Positions 48,449 to 59,044 are shown, numbered from the stretch's first letter. The stretch is 64,000 bases of DNA from Candidatus Multivorans sp. (GCA_965247095.1 OZ251997.1:1536001-1600000); one strand, 5' to 3'. Numbers and translations are program-made. Notes: generated by a model from the sequence alone, not told the origin.

Positions 48449-50982
48449 CGCTGCCTTTCCCTGAAGAGTGGGCTTTGGGTGACATTGTGGATGATCGTGC
48501 GCACGCCGTAGCCGCCCTCGCGGCTCTGCGCAACGAGCCGCGACAGCTCGTCGCGGTCGGCGAAGCCGATCTCGGCGCCGGTCGCATAGACGACAAGCTG
48601 CGAGATGAAGTGGCGCGCCACCTGGTCCTCGTCCTCGAGCAGGAGTCGCTTGTACTCGGCGATGCCCGAGAAGGACCTGCCGTCCGGGGTGACGCCGCCT
48701 GCATCCACGGGTGGCCCGTCCTTGTATTCCAGGATCGGGCGACCGTAGAGAGTCCTCGTGGGCGGTTCGCCTTCGCCGCTGGAGCGGTATCGCGTCCGGA
48801 AGCCGCCGGTGGGATCGAAGGCCTCCAAAGCGAATCCCGGCGGGTCGATGGCGCGGTGACAGACGTTGCACGTCGGGTCTCGGCGATGCTTGGCGAGGAT
48901 CTCGCGGATCGTCGTGGCGCCGCGGGTGTCGGGCTCGACCGAGCCGGCGTTCGCCGGCGGCGGGCTCGGCGCCCGGCCGAGCAGGTTCGTGAGCACGAAG
49001 CTGCCGCGGAAGACCGGCGAGGTCGTGGTGCCGTTGGCGGTGATCTTGAGCACGCTGGCCTGAGTCAGGACGCCGCCGCGCAAGCTGTCGTCGGGCAGCG
49101 ACACCTTCCGCATGGTCTGTCCCTCGACCCCGGGGATGCCGTAGTGCTCCGCCAGGCGGCGATTGAGAAAGGTGAAGTCGGAGTCGATCAGGTTCCGGAC
49201 GCCGAGGTCGCTTCTCACAAGCTCGGTGAAGAAGAGCCTGGTCTCCTCCTGGAGCGCGTGATGCAGCACCTCGTCGTACTCGGGATAGAGCCTCTCGTCA
49301 GGAGTCGTAAGCTCGATATCGTAGAGCCGCAGCCACTGGCCGACGAAGTCCGCGACGAAGCGCTGCGCCTTGTCGTCGTCGAGCATTCTCTCGACGTGCT
49401 GCGCCAGCACCTCCGGCGCCGACAGCGTGCCTTCTCCTGCCGCCGCGAAGAGTTCCTCGTCGGGCAGGCTCTTCCACAGGAAGTACGAGAGTCGGGTCGC
49501 CAGGGCCAAGTCGTCCAGCTCGCCGGGCTGGTCGTCGTGGTAGAGAAACTGCGGCGCGCTCAAGACAGCGCGCAGCGGAATGCGGACGGCATCGACGAAC
49601 TCCCGTCCGGCGGCGAGCGCGGGCCTGGCCAGGCTCGCGAACGCATCCACCTCACCTGCTTCGGCCGGCCGTCGAAACGCCAGCGGCACGAGGTGCGAGA
49701 CGACATCCACCACGTGCTCGTACGGGTCCTTCGTGAGCTTCAGATCGCCGGCGGGGTCGATGTCGATGCCGTCGAAGAGCCGGCGCGTCGACGGCGGCGG
49801 CCACCCATCGAGGAGCGGTCCAACGATTGTGAGCGACTTGACCGCCACGCCCTCGCCCTTGTAGGTCGCGGCCCCATCCACAAGGATCTCGCTGGGGTGG
49901 TAGAAGATCGGGTGATAGAGCCGGTTGTTGAGCAACCGCCGGCGTGCGCCTCGCCCCGTAGCCACGAGCTGGCTCTCTTCCGCCCAATCTTCGATGGGGG
50001 CGTAGAAATCCTCGACCTCCGTGTGCCACTCGAGGTCCCCCACTTCGGGGTAGAGATAGTCGGTCGGGTGGAGGAAGGTTGTGACTTCGAGGGTCCTGGA
50101 CTCCTCGTTCACGAGGTCGAAGGCGCCGAGCAACTTCGTGGCGCCACTCGGGTTCGCGCGAACGAGAAGGAGCGTCACCGGTGTCGACGCCTGGTAGGGA
50201 TAGGCGTCGACGGTGACCCTGTAGAGACCCGAATGCGCGACCGAGAAGCCGTTCTGGTCGCTCCTCGTCAACCTGGACGAAGCGGACCCGCTGGTGTTGT
50301 GGTGGTCGAGATCGATGAACATCACCACGGCGTCGTCGACCTTCTTGTTGACGCTCTGACGAATGACGCGGTACGAGTCGGGGAGATTCGGATAGTCGAT
50401 CACTTGCGCTGCGCTCGGCGGTGGCCCACCCAGCCGGATCGCCGCATCGAGCGCTCGGTCGGCAGCCTCGAGATAGCTGCGTAGATGAAGCGGTGAGATC
50501 CCCTGCTCGGCCGCCAGCGTGTCGAAGCCGGCGGACGCGCTCTCGGCTGGCAGCAAGCTCGCCAGATCCTCCTCGATCGAGAGCAGGTCCTCGAGGGTGT
50601 ACTCGTACTCGAGCCCCGTCAAACGGCGCGGCGCTGCCGGCCCGGCGGCCCGAGCCGCCACGTCCGCCGTCTCCAGATCTCTCTCGAGCGCACCGAGCGC
50701 CGCTTCGACGACCGCCCCCGGGGGGCGCTTCGTCCCACGAGGAGGCATCTCGCCCGCCTCGAGACGCTCGAAGATCCTCACCCACTTCCGAAAGGTCGCT
50801 CGATCCGCGAGGTCGTAGCCGAGGTTCTCGAGATCGAGCGGCGTCTCGGTGTCGGCATCGTGACAGCGAAGACACGAGACCTCGAGGAGACGCGCGACGT
50901 CGGCCTCGAGCGAACGGGCGGGAGCCGCACCGGGAAGGACGCAGAGCGCCGCGAGGAGGGCCGAAGAGGCCGCCTTCATCAT
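48445..50982 (-). CDS. DUF1592/DUF1588-like planctomycete-type cytochrome c protein
   Basis: CLRCH and CNVCH heme motifs, RRLTGLEY, RLSYFLWKSLPD, RGGVLTQAS, TSPVFRG. Confidence 0.9.
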   Translation of the reverse strand: MMKAASSALLAALCVLPGAAPARSLEADVARLLEVSCLRCHDADTETPLDLENLGYDLADRATFRKWVRIFERLEAGEMPPRGTKRPPGAVVEAALGALERDLETADVAARAAGPAAPRRLTGLEYEYTLEDLLSIEEDLASLLPAESASAGFDTLAAEQGISPLHLRSYLEAADRALDAAIRLGGPPPSAAQVIDYPNLPDSYRVIRQSVNKKVDDAVVMFIDLDHHNTSGSASSRLTRSDQNGFSVAHSGLYRVTVDAYPYQASTPVTLLLVRANPSGATKLLGAFDLVNEESRTLEVTTFLHPTDYLYPEVGDLEWHTEVEDFYAPIEDWAEESQLVATGRGARRRLLNNRLYHPIFYHPSEILVDGAATYKGEGVAVKSLTIVGPLLDGWPPPSTRRLFDGIDIDPAGDLKLTKDPYEHVVDVVSHLVPLAFRRPAEAGEVDAFASLARPALAAGREFVDAVRIPLRAVLSAPQFLYHDDQPGELDDLALATRLSYFLWKSLPDEELFAAAGEGTLSAPEVLAQHVERMLDDDKAQRFVADFVGQWLRLYDIELTTPDERLYPEYDEVLHHALQEETRLFFTELVRSDLGVRNLIDSDFTFLNRRLAEHYGIPGVEGQTMRKVSLPDDSLRGGVLTQASVLKITANGTTTSPVFRGSFVLTNLLGRAPSPPPANAGSVEPDTRGATTIREILAKHRRDPTCNVCHRAIDPPGFALEAFDPTGGFRTRYRSSGEGEPPTRTLYGRPILEYKDGPPVDAGGVTPDGRSFSGIAEYKRLLLEDEDQVARHFISQLVVYATGAEIGFADRDELSRLVAQSREGGYGVRTIIHNVTQSPLFRERQR

Positions 50983-53114
50983 CGACTCTCCGAAGGCAGC
51001 CGGTAGGCGACCAGCTCCGGCGCCCTGCCGCCGACCGTGAGTGCGATGTACTGGCGACCGTCGAGCAGGTAGGTCATCGGTGAGCCGAGCCCGCGGCCGG
51101 GCAGATCGACCGCTGCCAGCGGCTCTCCGGTGGCCTTGTCGTAGGCCACAAGCTGCGGACCGTCGTCGGTCCCGCCGCTCGTCAACGCGTGAATCAGCAA
51201 CGTCCTGGTCAGCAGCGAACCGGCACGGCTGTGATCGCCCCCCAACGGCGGCAGATCGAGATCGCGCAGTAGAGGATGGTCCTGATACCGGGCGCCCCTG
51301 CCGAGCGGGGTCGTCCACAGGTGCTCGCCCCGACTCATGTCGATGGCGACCATCGCCGAATAGGGCGGCTTCCACAGCGGCAGCCCCCGCGGCATATTCG
51401 GCTGCCGGGTCGGGTTGCCTCCGTCAAGAAACGAGGAACCCCGGGCGACGGGCTCGAACGGTCCCCAGGGCGCCGAGCGGCCGCGCATGATACCGCCAAC
51501 AGGATCGGTGCGGTCGGCGATGTAGCGCATGTCGGTCCTGGACCGTCCGTCGCGGAAGCGGATCACCGAGTGGCCGTTGGAGGAGGGAACGTACAGCACG
51601 CCGGTTTCGGGATCGACGGCGGCGCCCGACCAGTTCGCGCCGCCGCCCGCCTGCGGTCGGAAGATCGTGCCGCGCAGCGACAGCGGTGTGTAGAGCGGGC
51701 CGAGCCTGAACTCCCCGACGGCCTCGAGCGCCATCTGCCGGATCTCGGGGGTGAAGTCCGCCAGGTCCTCGATCCGGGCGCCCTGCACCGCGAACGGCGG
51801 CGGCTTGGTCGGGAAGGGCTGGGTGGGAGACATGACTTCGCCTTCGAGGTCGGTGTCGGTCGGCGCCGGGCGCTCCTCGATGGGCCAGACCGGCTCGCCG
51901 GTCACTCGATCGAACGTGTAGACGAACCCCTGCTTGGTGACCTGGGCTACAGCCTTCACCCGACGTCCATCGACGGTGATGTCGAGCAGATTCGGCGCCG
52001 TCGGGCTGTCGTAGTCCCAGACCTCGTGATGAATGAGCTGGTAGTGCCACACCCGCTCGCCGGTGCCTACGTCGAGACAGACGATGCTGTTGGCGAACAG
52101 ATTGTCACCCAGGCGATGGCCGCCGTAGTGATCCGGCGCCACCGCCGAGGTCGGAATGTAGACGTAGCCGAGCTCCGGGTCCGCGCTCAGATTGCCCCAG
52201 GCGTTGCCGTTGCCGGTGTAGCGCCACGATTCGTCTTCCCAGGTGTCGGCGCCGAACTCGTCGGCGCTCTGCGGCACGATGTGAAACTCCCACAGCCGCT
52301 TTCCGGTGCGCACGTCGTGGGCGAAGATGAAGCCGGGCGGCCCCTCCTTGGAGATGGTGAAGTCCGTGTGGTTGGTTCCGACGACGATCGTGTCGCCGAC
52401 GATGAGCGGCGCCGCCGACCGCGAGCCCACCGGCAACTGGAAGGGCTGCCCGCGGGGCGAGCGCGGCAGATCGGCGATGAGGTCGACCCGCCCGTTGTCT
52501 CCGAACTCCGGAACCGGTACTCCGGTCCTGGCATCGACGGCGATCAGGTAGCCGGCGCCGGTTCCCCAGACGATGCGGGCGTCGCCGTCGCCTTCCCAGT
52601 AGGCCGCCCCTCGATGGCCTCTGCTGGTCGGAAGCGCGGCGTCTTCGTAGGTGCGCGGGTCGTGAACCCAGAGCATCTCGCCGGTGCGCCCGTCGATCGC
52701 CGCCGCCTGCTCGACGTTCGTGGTCAGGTACAGCACGCCGTCGATCGCGAGCGGGGTCGAAGACATCGCGCCGATCCCCGGACGCCGCAGCCACAGGTCG
52801 GGCTGCTGTTGTGCCACTCGGTCGAACACCACCTGCGACGGCGCCAGCGACGCGCCGCTCTCGTCCGCCACGACGAGATGGGTGTCCGCCGTCTTCCAAC
52901 GCCAGGCGATCTCCAGATCGCCGAAGTTGTCGGCCTTGATCTGGTCCAGGGGCGAGTACTTGCTGGCCCAGGTGTCGCCGGCGTGGGTGCGCCAGTCGCC
53001 GTCGGTAGCGCCCGGCTGCGCCGAGCCGGAGGCGGACGTGAATCCACAAACCAGAACCAGGCGCAGCGTGAGGCGCGTGAGGCGAAGGGATCCTTGCATC
53101 GTAGGAAACACCAT
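50979..53114 (-). CDS. PQQ-dependent quinoprotein dehydrogenase, copy 3 (divergent)
   Basis: KYSPLDQI, WHYQLIHHEVWDYD, SPTQPFP, GGANWSG, GRQYIA. Confidence 0.9.
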   Translation of the reverse strand: MVFPTMQGSLRLTRLTLRLVLVCGFTSASGSAQPGATDGDWRTHAGDTWASKYSPLDQIKADNFGDLEIAWRWKTADTHLVVADESGASLAPSQVVFDRVAQQQPDLWLRRPGIGAMSSTPLAIDGVLYLTTNVEQAAAIDGRTGEMLWVHDPRTYEDAALPTSRGHRGAAYWEGDGDARIVWGTGAGYLIAVDARTGVPVPEFGDNGRVDLIADLPRSPRGQPFQLPVGSRSAAPLIVGDTIVVGTNHTDFTISKEGPPGFIFAHDVRTGKRLWEFHIVPQSADEFGADTWEDESWRYTGNGNAWGNLSADPELGYVYIPTSAVAPDHYGGHRLGDNLFANSIVCLDVGTGERVWHYQLIHHEVWDYDSPTAPNLLDITVDGRRVKAVAQVTKQGFVYTFDRVTGEPVWPIEERPAPTDTDLEGEVMSPTQPFPTKPPPFAVQGARIEDLADFTPEIRQMALEAVGEFRLGPLYTPLSLRGTIFRPQAGGGANWSGAAVDPETGVLYVPSSNGHSVIRFRDGRSRTDMRYIADRTDPVGGIMRGRSAPWGPFEPVARGSSFLDGGNPTRQPNMPRGLPLWKPPYSAMVAIDMSRGEHLWTTPLGRGARYQDHPLLRDLDLPPLGGDHSRAGSLLTRTLLIHALTSGGTDDGPQLVAYDKATGEPLAAVDLPGRGLGSPMTYLLDGRQYIALTVGGRAPELVAYRLPSESR

Positions 53115-53249
53115 GTTACCCTAGTTCATCCCAACGACGTTGGAACAACATCTGCAAGATGGATGTTGAAATCGAGGGCTCCGCCGGCCTTCGGCAAGGA
53201 CTAGCCCCCCTTGCCTATCATCGGGGTCGGACATCATGGAGGTGGAACC

Positions 53250-56039
53250 ATGAAGATCACCACCCTTAAGTCCTGCATCTGGGGACTCGCCATCATCGCC
53301 TGCGCAAACCTGCCGCTGTGGGCCGACGGTCCGGGGACCGGAATCATCGAAGGCCGCGTGCTCGACGCCCAGGGAGGCCCACTGCCGGGCGCCAGCGTGA
53401 AGCTCGTCGGACCGCAGAACACCAAGGACGCGGTCAGCGACGAGGCCGGCGAGTTTCGCTTCAGTCTGCTGCTCGATGGCGTCTTCACCGTCAGCGCCGA
53501 GCTCGAAGGCCTGGGCTCGAGCGACGAAGTCGCGGTCACTCTCGATCCCGGTAAGCGCCGCGCCATCGACCTCACCTTGCGGGGAGGCGAATCCGAGGAG
53601 ATCCGCGTTGTCGCCGAAGCGCCCATGATCAACAAGTACGAGCCCGGGGCGACCGCGAGGATCGACGCCGAGACCGCCGAGTTGACGACGTTCATCAGCC
53701 GTCACCACGTCAACAGCCTGGCGGTTCTGCCGGCCAATTCCGGCTCCAAGCAACAGGATTGGCTCAACAGCTTCATGGGCGGCCCTCGAGACGGAGGCAC
53801 GGTGAACATCGACGGCGTAGATGTCAGTCAAGTCACGGGCAACTACGGAGTGTTCAAGTTCAGAATGGCGACCACGCAGGTTGCCGCGACGGAGGTTCAT
53901 ACCCAGGGGCGGGGCGCCGAGTACGGGCGCACCCAGACGGCGACCATCAACACGGTGGTCAAGTCGGGCACCAACCTGTTCCACGGCGACTTCTTCTACG
54001 TCGCTCAGAACCAGGCGTGGGTCGGTGAGTTTCGGGATTACCCCGATCTCAACGGTCCCGACAAGATCATCAACAACTTCGAGACCGCTCTCGGTGGCCC
54101 GATCTACCGCAATCGTGCGTGGTTCTTCGCAGCCCACGCCGAACTGTCCGACAACAGGATCCGAGGCGCCAGTACCAACTCCAGCTCGGACGTCATCGCG
54201 GACCCGGTTTTCGATTGGAGCTACAAAGGGAGTTCGACGGTCGCCAAGGTCAACTTTCAGCCTGGCGATGACCATCAGCTCGCCGCGACCTATGTGCGCA
54301 CGCCGGGCTACCGCGAGGGCGGGGGCAACCGAACGGGGGACCTCTTCACCCTCAACGGGCGCGAGGAGACGGCCGAGTTGAACACAGCGTTGTGGAACTG
54401 GGCCGCCACCCCGAAGATCTTTACGGAACTCAAGGTTGGCGACAGTACGGATGTTCGCGCCGACAACTGCCTCAATTTCAAATCGAGTCTCTCCGGCGGA
54501 GACCCAAACACCCCGAATAGCAACAACTTCCGTTACTACGACCTCGACCGCCTGCTCTACTTCAATGGCTGCACCGTTGGCGGCACGTCTGGTCGGTTTA
54601 CGGACGGTCCCCGCCAGCAGATCAACGCCTACGCGACGATCTTCCTGGGCAACAACCACGAACTCAGGGTCGGCGCCGAGCGCCACGTCATGGGGCTCCA
54701 TACCCGAAACTGGCCCGAGAAGGAGTACAGCGGGCGCGGCTTCGGCGAAGGCCTTCCGGGTGGCTTCATGACTCCCGAGACCGTTACGATCTATGCGCCG
54801 CCGGATGGAGGCCTGTTCCGCCGCGAGAGCGAGCTGAACACCCTCTTCATCCAGGACCGAATCGATATCGGAGACAAGTGGGTCCTTACCGCGGGACTGC
54901 GGCTCGAGGGCCAGTCGATGAACAACAACATAGGGCAACAGGTCAACGACTACGATGAGCTGGCGCCCAGGCTGAGTGTCGTCTACGACGTGAACGCTGA
55001 CGGCAAGCTCCTCGTCCGCGCTACCGCCGGGCGTTACCTCAACCTCTTCAACATGAGTCTTACCCAGAACTTCGACCAGGGCTCGAACGGCACCAACACC
55101 CGCATGGTCTTCGATTGGAATCCCCTGACCCAGGACTACGACATCCTGGGCAGCTCCATCGTGGCCAGCGCCGGCAGGGAGGCGACAAGGAACCTGGCCC
55201 CCGAGTACTCGGACGCGTACAGCATCGGTGTCGACTGGCAGTTCAACCGCAACTGGGTCGCCAAGGCCATGTACACCCAGAGCGAGAACGACAATATCTG
55301 GGATACGAGCATCCAGTTCGACGCGGCCGGGAATCGGGTCTTCGCACTCGCCAACTGGACCCAGGCCGAGGTCGACCGGTTGTCCGCCATGCATGGAGTC
55401 CCCTCGCGCCTGGGCCTGACCCGCGAGCACGAGGGCATCATCCTTGAGCTCAACCGGAACTTCTCCAACAACTGGACGGTGCGCGCCAACCTGTACGTAG
55501 GCGAGGCGAGCGGCACTGAGGATTTCGAAGATGCCATCGAAGCCATCGGCGGCCTCGGCTCCGACGGGAGTAGCGATGTGAACTCCCGCAACAGAGGGAA
55601 CCGTCCTATCGGCAACAACTCGGAGTTCCCGGAGATCTTCAATGTCCTCGCTGCCAAGCGCTGGCCGATCGGCGAACACACGCTGACCACGGGCGCCCAC
55701 TACCGCACTCGGACGGGCCGACTCTGGGAGCGTCAACGGAACGTCTTCGTAACCCACCCGCTGTCGGGCCAGAGGGAAAGAGTCGCGGAGTTTCTCGATC
55801 CCCAAGCTTCCCGACAGCTCGACACCGCGACGGAGCTCAACCTCAACGCAAGCTGGATCTTCCCGCCGGTCAAGGGTAAGTACGAGATCAAGGTAGGCGC
55901 GGAACTTGCCAACGCACTCAACGGGGACGCCCAGTTGTTCGTGAATCCGGTGTCGGGCCGGCCCACCGGTAGGGGCGGCGGCGACATTGCCTACCAGAGG
56001 CCGTCCGAGTACCGGTTCAACGTCGGGCTCAGCTTCTAG
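53250..56039 (+). CDS. TonB-dependent receptor (Oar-like, carboxypeptidase-regulatory N-domain)
   Basis: IEGRVLDAQGGPLPGASV, GAEYG..INTVVKSGTN, APRLSVVYD, C-terminal ...VGLSF. Confidence 0.92.
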   Translation: MKITTLKSCIWGLAIIACANLPLWADGPGTGIIEGRVLDAQGGPLPGASVKLVGPQNTKDAVSDEAGEFRFSLLLDGVFTVSAELEGLGSSDEVAVTLDPGKRRAIDLTLRGGESEEIRVVAEAPMINKYEPGATARIDAETAELTTFISRHHVNSLAVLPANSGSKQQDWLNSFMGGPRDGGTVNIDGVDVSQVTGNYGVFKFRMATTQVAATEVHTQGRGAEYGRTQTATINTVVKSGTNLFHGDFFYVAQNQAWVGEFRDYPDLNGPDKIINNFETALGGPIYRNRAWFFAAHAELSDNRIRGASTNSSSDVIADPVFDWSYKGSSTVAKVNFQPGDDHQLAATYVRTPGYREGGGNRTGDLFTLNGREETAELNTALWNWAATPKIFTELKVGDSTDVRADNCLNFKSSLSGGDPNTPNSNNFRYYDLDRLLYFNGCTVGGTSGRFTDGPRQQINAYATIFLGNNHELRVGAERHVMGLHTRNWPEKEYSGRGFGEGLPGGFMTPETVTIYAPPDGGLFRRESELNTLFIQDRIDIGDKWVLTAGLRLEGQSMNNNIGQQVNDYDELAPRLSVVYDVNADGKLLVRATAGRYLNLFNMSLTQNFDQGSNGTNTRMVFDWNPLTQDYDILGSSIVASAGREATRNLAPEYSDAYSIGVDWQFNRNWVAKAMYTQSENDNIWDTSIQFDAAGNRVFALANWTQAEVDRLSAMHGVPSRLGLTREHEGIILELNRNFSNNWTVRANLYVGEASGTEDFEDAIEAIGGLGSDGSSDVNSRNRGNRPIGNNSEFPEIFNVLAAKRWPIGEHTLTTGAHYRTRTGRLWERQRNVFVTHPLSGQRERVAEFLDPQASRQLDTATELNLNASWIFPPVKGKYEIKVGAELANALNGDAQLFVNPVSGRPTGRGGGDIAYQRPSEYRFNVGLSF

Positions 56040-56063
56040 GAAGCCCTCACGCACTAGCTGGCG

Positions 56064-58220
56064 CTACGAGTTCGTCGTAGCACAACTGACACTCTCCAGG
56101 GTTTCGTACATCGACGGCAGCGATGCTCCTGGCGGGTGCTCGAAGTACGTCACGTACAGGTGCCGGTTGCAGTGCCACAGCATCGCCGAGATCGTCTCGC
56201 CTCGGGTCAGGTATCGAGTCTGTCCCTCGACTTCGATCGTGCCGAGAACACTCGATCCCAGGGAACTCGCGATCCTCGCGAACTCCTCGATCGGCGGCTC
56301 CGTTTCTCGTGGGTGTCCACGGATGACCAGCAGCTTCTGTCCGTCGGTGAAGATGACGTGCTTCGTCAGCTCGAGCGCCAGACTGAGTTGCGTGGGATCC
56401 TCGCCACGAGTCGTGTATTCGTAGGCGTACTCGATCTCCGCCACGGGCATGTCGATGCTCGCGCGAAGACCCAGAAAAGACAACGCGTCACCCGAGACGG
56501 GATCGGTTACAGGAGGTGAGATCGCCGTCGACGTGCCGCCGCCGCCCGCATGGTCGAGGATGGCGCCCAGGCTGCTCGTGGTGCGCCCCACTCGGTTTCT
56601 CGCGGTCCTGAACTCGATGATCGGACGGTTGTCGGTGTTGACCGGCGCGCCCGAGGCGAAGGAGTCGAGAGCCCTATCGTCCGCGACGAAGAACGAGAAG
56701 AAGACGTCCGGGCCGGTGAACGGCGCTCGGCTCGACAAGACGGAGATCGTCTCGATGTCGGACCCTATGATCGGGTCCTGCATTGCGGCCGCGATCCCTT
56801 CGTAGTCCCTGGAGATGGGCTCTTTCGATGCGAGAAGGAAGAAGTCCACGCCTCTCGCGTCGGCCCACGCCTGGACATGGGGAAATGCGGTTTCGAGAGT
56901 CCGGAGGGAGATCTTGAGATCCTCTGGGCTGAAGTCGTAGGCGCCGATCCACTGCAGGAACAGTCCTCCCTCGTTGAGGCGCTCGGCTACAACCGAGTAG
57001 AACTCTCTGGTGAAGAGGAAGACCTCGCCTTCGATCCACGGGTTCGAAGGCTCGGAAATGACGATGTCGTACGTTCGCTTGGTAGTGGAGAGATAGTCCC
57101 TCGCGTCGCCTACGGTGAGTTCGACTCGCTCATCGTCGAGGGCGTTTCGGTTCTCGGGCTCGAAGAGCTCGGCCGCCTCGACGACGGTCGGGTTGAGCTC
57201 GAGCACGTCGATCCTCTCCACCGGGAAGCTCTCCACCGCCGCCAGGGTGATCCCACTGCCGAGGCCGATGATGGCCACGTCTTTCGGGTCGGTGTGCATG
57301 AGGGTCGGGATGTACCCCAAGAGAAGTTGGGTAGGTACGTCGAGGCCGGTTCCGGCATCGACCTTGCCGTTGATCATGAGTACTTTGACCGGGCCCTCTT
57401 CCTTAACCACGACGGATCCATACAGTCCGTAGTCGGAGAACGTGATTGTGGCGGCGCCTCTCTCTCGCGCGAGAGCCTGTCGGTACTCGCTCCGGTTATC
57501 GAACCTCCCATGCTGGTGGTAGACGCCGGAGCGGTAGGGATCGACCTCTGCGTCGAACAGGCCCGCCGCAAGAAGAAGCACGAGGGCGAGGGCGACACCG
57601 TAGGCGATGCGGCTGCCCTTGCCGGCAGCAATGAAAACCACGGCAGAAATGAGGACGTTGACTGCGACCGCCACAAGGATCGCTCTTTCAAGGCCAATTC
57701 CTGGAAGCAGAACGAAGCCTCCCACAAAGGCGCCGACAACCCCTCCCAGGGTATTGACCGAAAACAACCTTCCGACATCCGTGCCGATCTTCTCGGTACG
57801 GGTGATCGACCGGCTCACCACGGGAAAGGTCAACCCCATGAGTAGAGTCGGAACGAGGAGGACAAGGTAGGAGAGAAGGAGGAGAAGCGAGTGGAACATG
57901 ACGAAGCTGCCGTTTGAGATGTTGTAGATCTCGAGGTACGCGACATCCAGGTTGTTCAAGATCGGAACGAAGAGGAGCCCGTAGGCGCCGATTCCCAGTT
58001 GAACGTACGCGAAAAGCGTAGCGAGATCCGTCTTCTGGAAGCGCTTCGCCAACAGGCTGCCGAATCCCATTCCCGTGAGGAAGGCGGTCAGGATCAGGCT
58101 GTAGGCGAAGACAGTCCCGCCGACGAAGAGAATCATCCCCTTGGTGAACATGACTTCGTACACGAGTGCGGCGAAGCCCGAGAAGAAGAAGGCACTCAGG
58201 AGCAGGGCCCTCAGCTTCAT
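56064..58220 (-). CDS. Fused membrane/spermidine-synthase-like SAM-binding protein
   Basis: N-terminal TMs (SGFAALVYEV, MGLTFP, NTLGG); IGLGSGIT, GDARDYL, YDIVISEPSNPW. Confidence 0.88.
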   Translation of the reverse strand: MKLRALLLSAFFFSGFAALVYEVMFTKGMILFVGGTVFAYSLILTAFLTGMGFGSLLAKRFQKTDLATLFAYVQLGIGAYGLLFVPILNNLDVAYLEIYNISNGSFVMFHSLLLLLSYLVLLVPTLLMGLTFPVVSRSITRTEKIGTDVGRLFSVNTLGGVVGAFVGGFVLLPGIGLERAILVAVAVNVLISAVVFIAAGKGSRIAYGVALALVLLLAAGLFDAEVDPYRSGVYHQHGRFDNRSEYRQALARERGAATITFSDYGLYGSVVVKEEGPVKVLMINGKVDAGTGLDVPTQLLLGYIPTLMHTDPKDVAIIGLGSGITLAAVESFPVERIDVLELNPTVVEAAELFEPENRNALDDERVELTVGDARDYLSTTKRTYDIVISEPSNPWIEGEVFLFTREFYSVVAERLNEGGLFLQWIGAYDFSPEDLKISLRTLETAFPHVQAWADARGVDFFLLASKEPISRDYEGIAAAMQDPIIGSDIETISVLSSRAPFTGPDVFFSFFVADDRALDSFASGAPVNTDNRPIIEFRTARNRVGRTTSSLGAILDHAGGGGTSTAISPPVTDPVSGDALSFLGLRASIDMPVAEIEYAYEYTTRGEDPTQLSLALELTKHVIFTDGQKLLVIRGHPRETEPPIEEFARIASSLGSSVLGTIEVEGQTRYLTRGETISAMLWHCNRHLYVTYFEHPPGASLPSMYETLESVSCATTNS

Positions 58221-58954
58221 CGTTCACGCCTCTGGTAGAGCACGAGGCCGACCATCAGGTTGAGTACGGCGGCCAGCACGATCGTTTGAGAGAGGCCCAG
58301 GTACGGCAAGAAGAGGAATCCGCCACACAGGGCGCCGGCGCCACCGGAGATCGTGTCTACTGCATACACGTCTGAAATATCGCGGCCGAAGTTCTTGGAG
58401 TATATCTTCGTCATGAGAGGGAATGTGGCGCCCATGATTCCCGCCGGCACGATGAGAAGAAAGAAAACGATGATGAACATGATGAACAGCATCGTGGAAG
58501 AGCCCTGGAGCTGGCTGAATAGAGCTAAGCGGACTCGGTAGGTGAGCTCGAAGAGAGGTATGAGGAGAACACCACAGGCGGCGAGGACGAACTCGAGCTT
58601 CGCGAAGAGAAGGAGGGGTTTCTTCGTCCTGTCGGCGATTCTCCCGAAGCAGTATGAACCGAGGGCCAGGCCCGCCATGAACACCGTGAGGACCGCAGTG
58701 AAGGCGTAGATCGTCGTCCCGAACACGAGAGACAGCGAGCGCGACCAGGCAACCTCGTACACGAGGGAGGAGAACATGGAGAGGCCGAACACCAGAAGGA
58801 GAATCGGTCTCCTTGCGCGGAGGGGGAGGGCAGTGGTTCTCAGGGCTGTACGATAGCTGGAGCGCTGCGAGTTAGTCCAGAACGGGTCCAGCACCGCGCC
58901 GGCAGCGCATGGGCGTCGTCCCGAAGCTCGCTTCACTTTGTTTGCGCGGCGCAA
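58217..58954 (-). CDS. Stand-alone membrane half of MFS/spermidine-synthase-type protein (start uncertain)
   Basis: SSLVYEVAWSRSLSLVFGTT, FMAGLALGS, MGATFP; paralogous to N-terminus of next gene; 4-bp overlap. Confidence 0.78.
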   Translation of the reverse strand: MRRANKVKRASGRRPCAAGAVLDPFWTNSQRSSYRTALRTTALPLRARRPILLLVFGLSMFSSLVYEVAWSRSLSLVFGTTIYAFTAVLTVFMAGLALGSYCFGRIADRTKKPLLLFAKLEFVLAACGVLLIPLFELTYRVRLALFSQLQGSSTMLFIMFIIVFFLLIVPAGIMGATFPLMTKIYSKNFGRDISDVYAVDTISGGAGALCGGFLFLPYLGLSQTIVLAAVLNLMVGLVLYQRRER

Positions 58955-59044
58955 GCTCCTGGCGGAACGATAGGATGCCCGCTTGCATCCACCACAGGCG
59001 TTTCGCGTTCCAGGGAGGCCTTATGTCCCAGGAAAGGGGCGGGC

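Noticed and set aside
53121-56054. 977-aa minus-strand ORF
   Set aside because: Antisense shadow of the TonB receptor; no motifs; expected from codon bias in high-GC DNA
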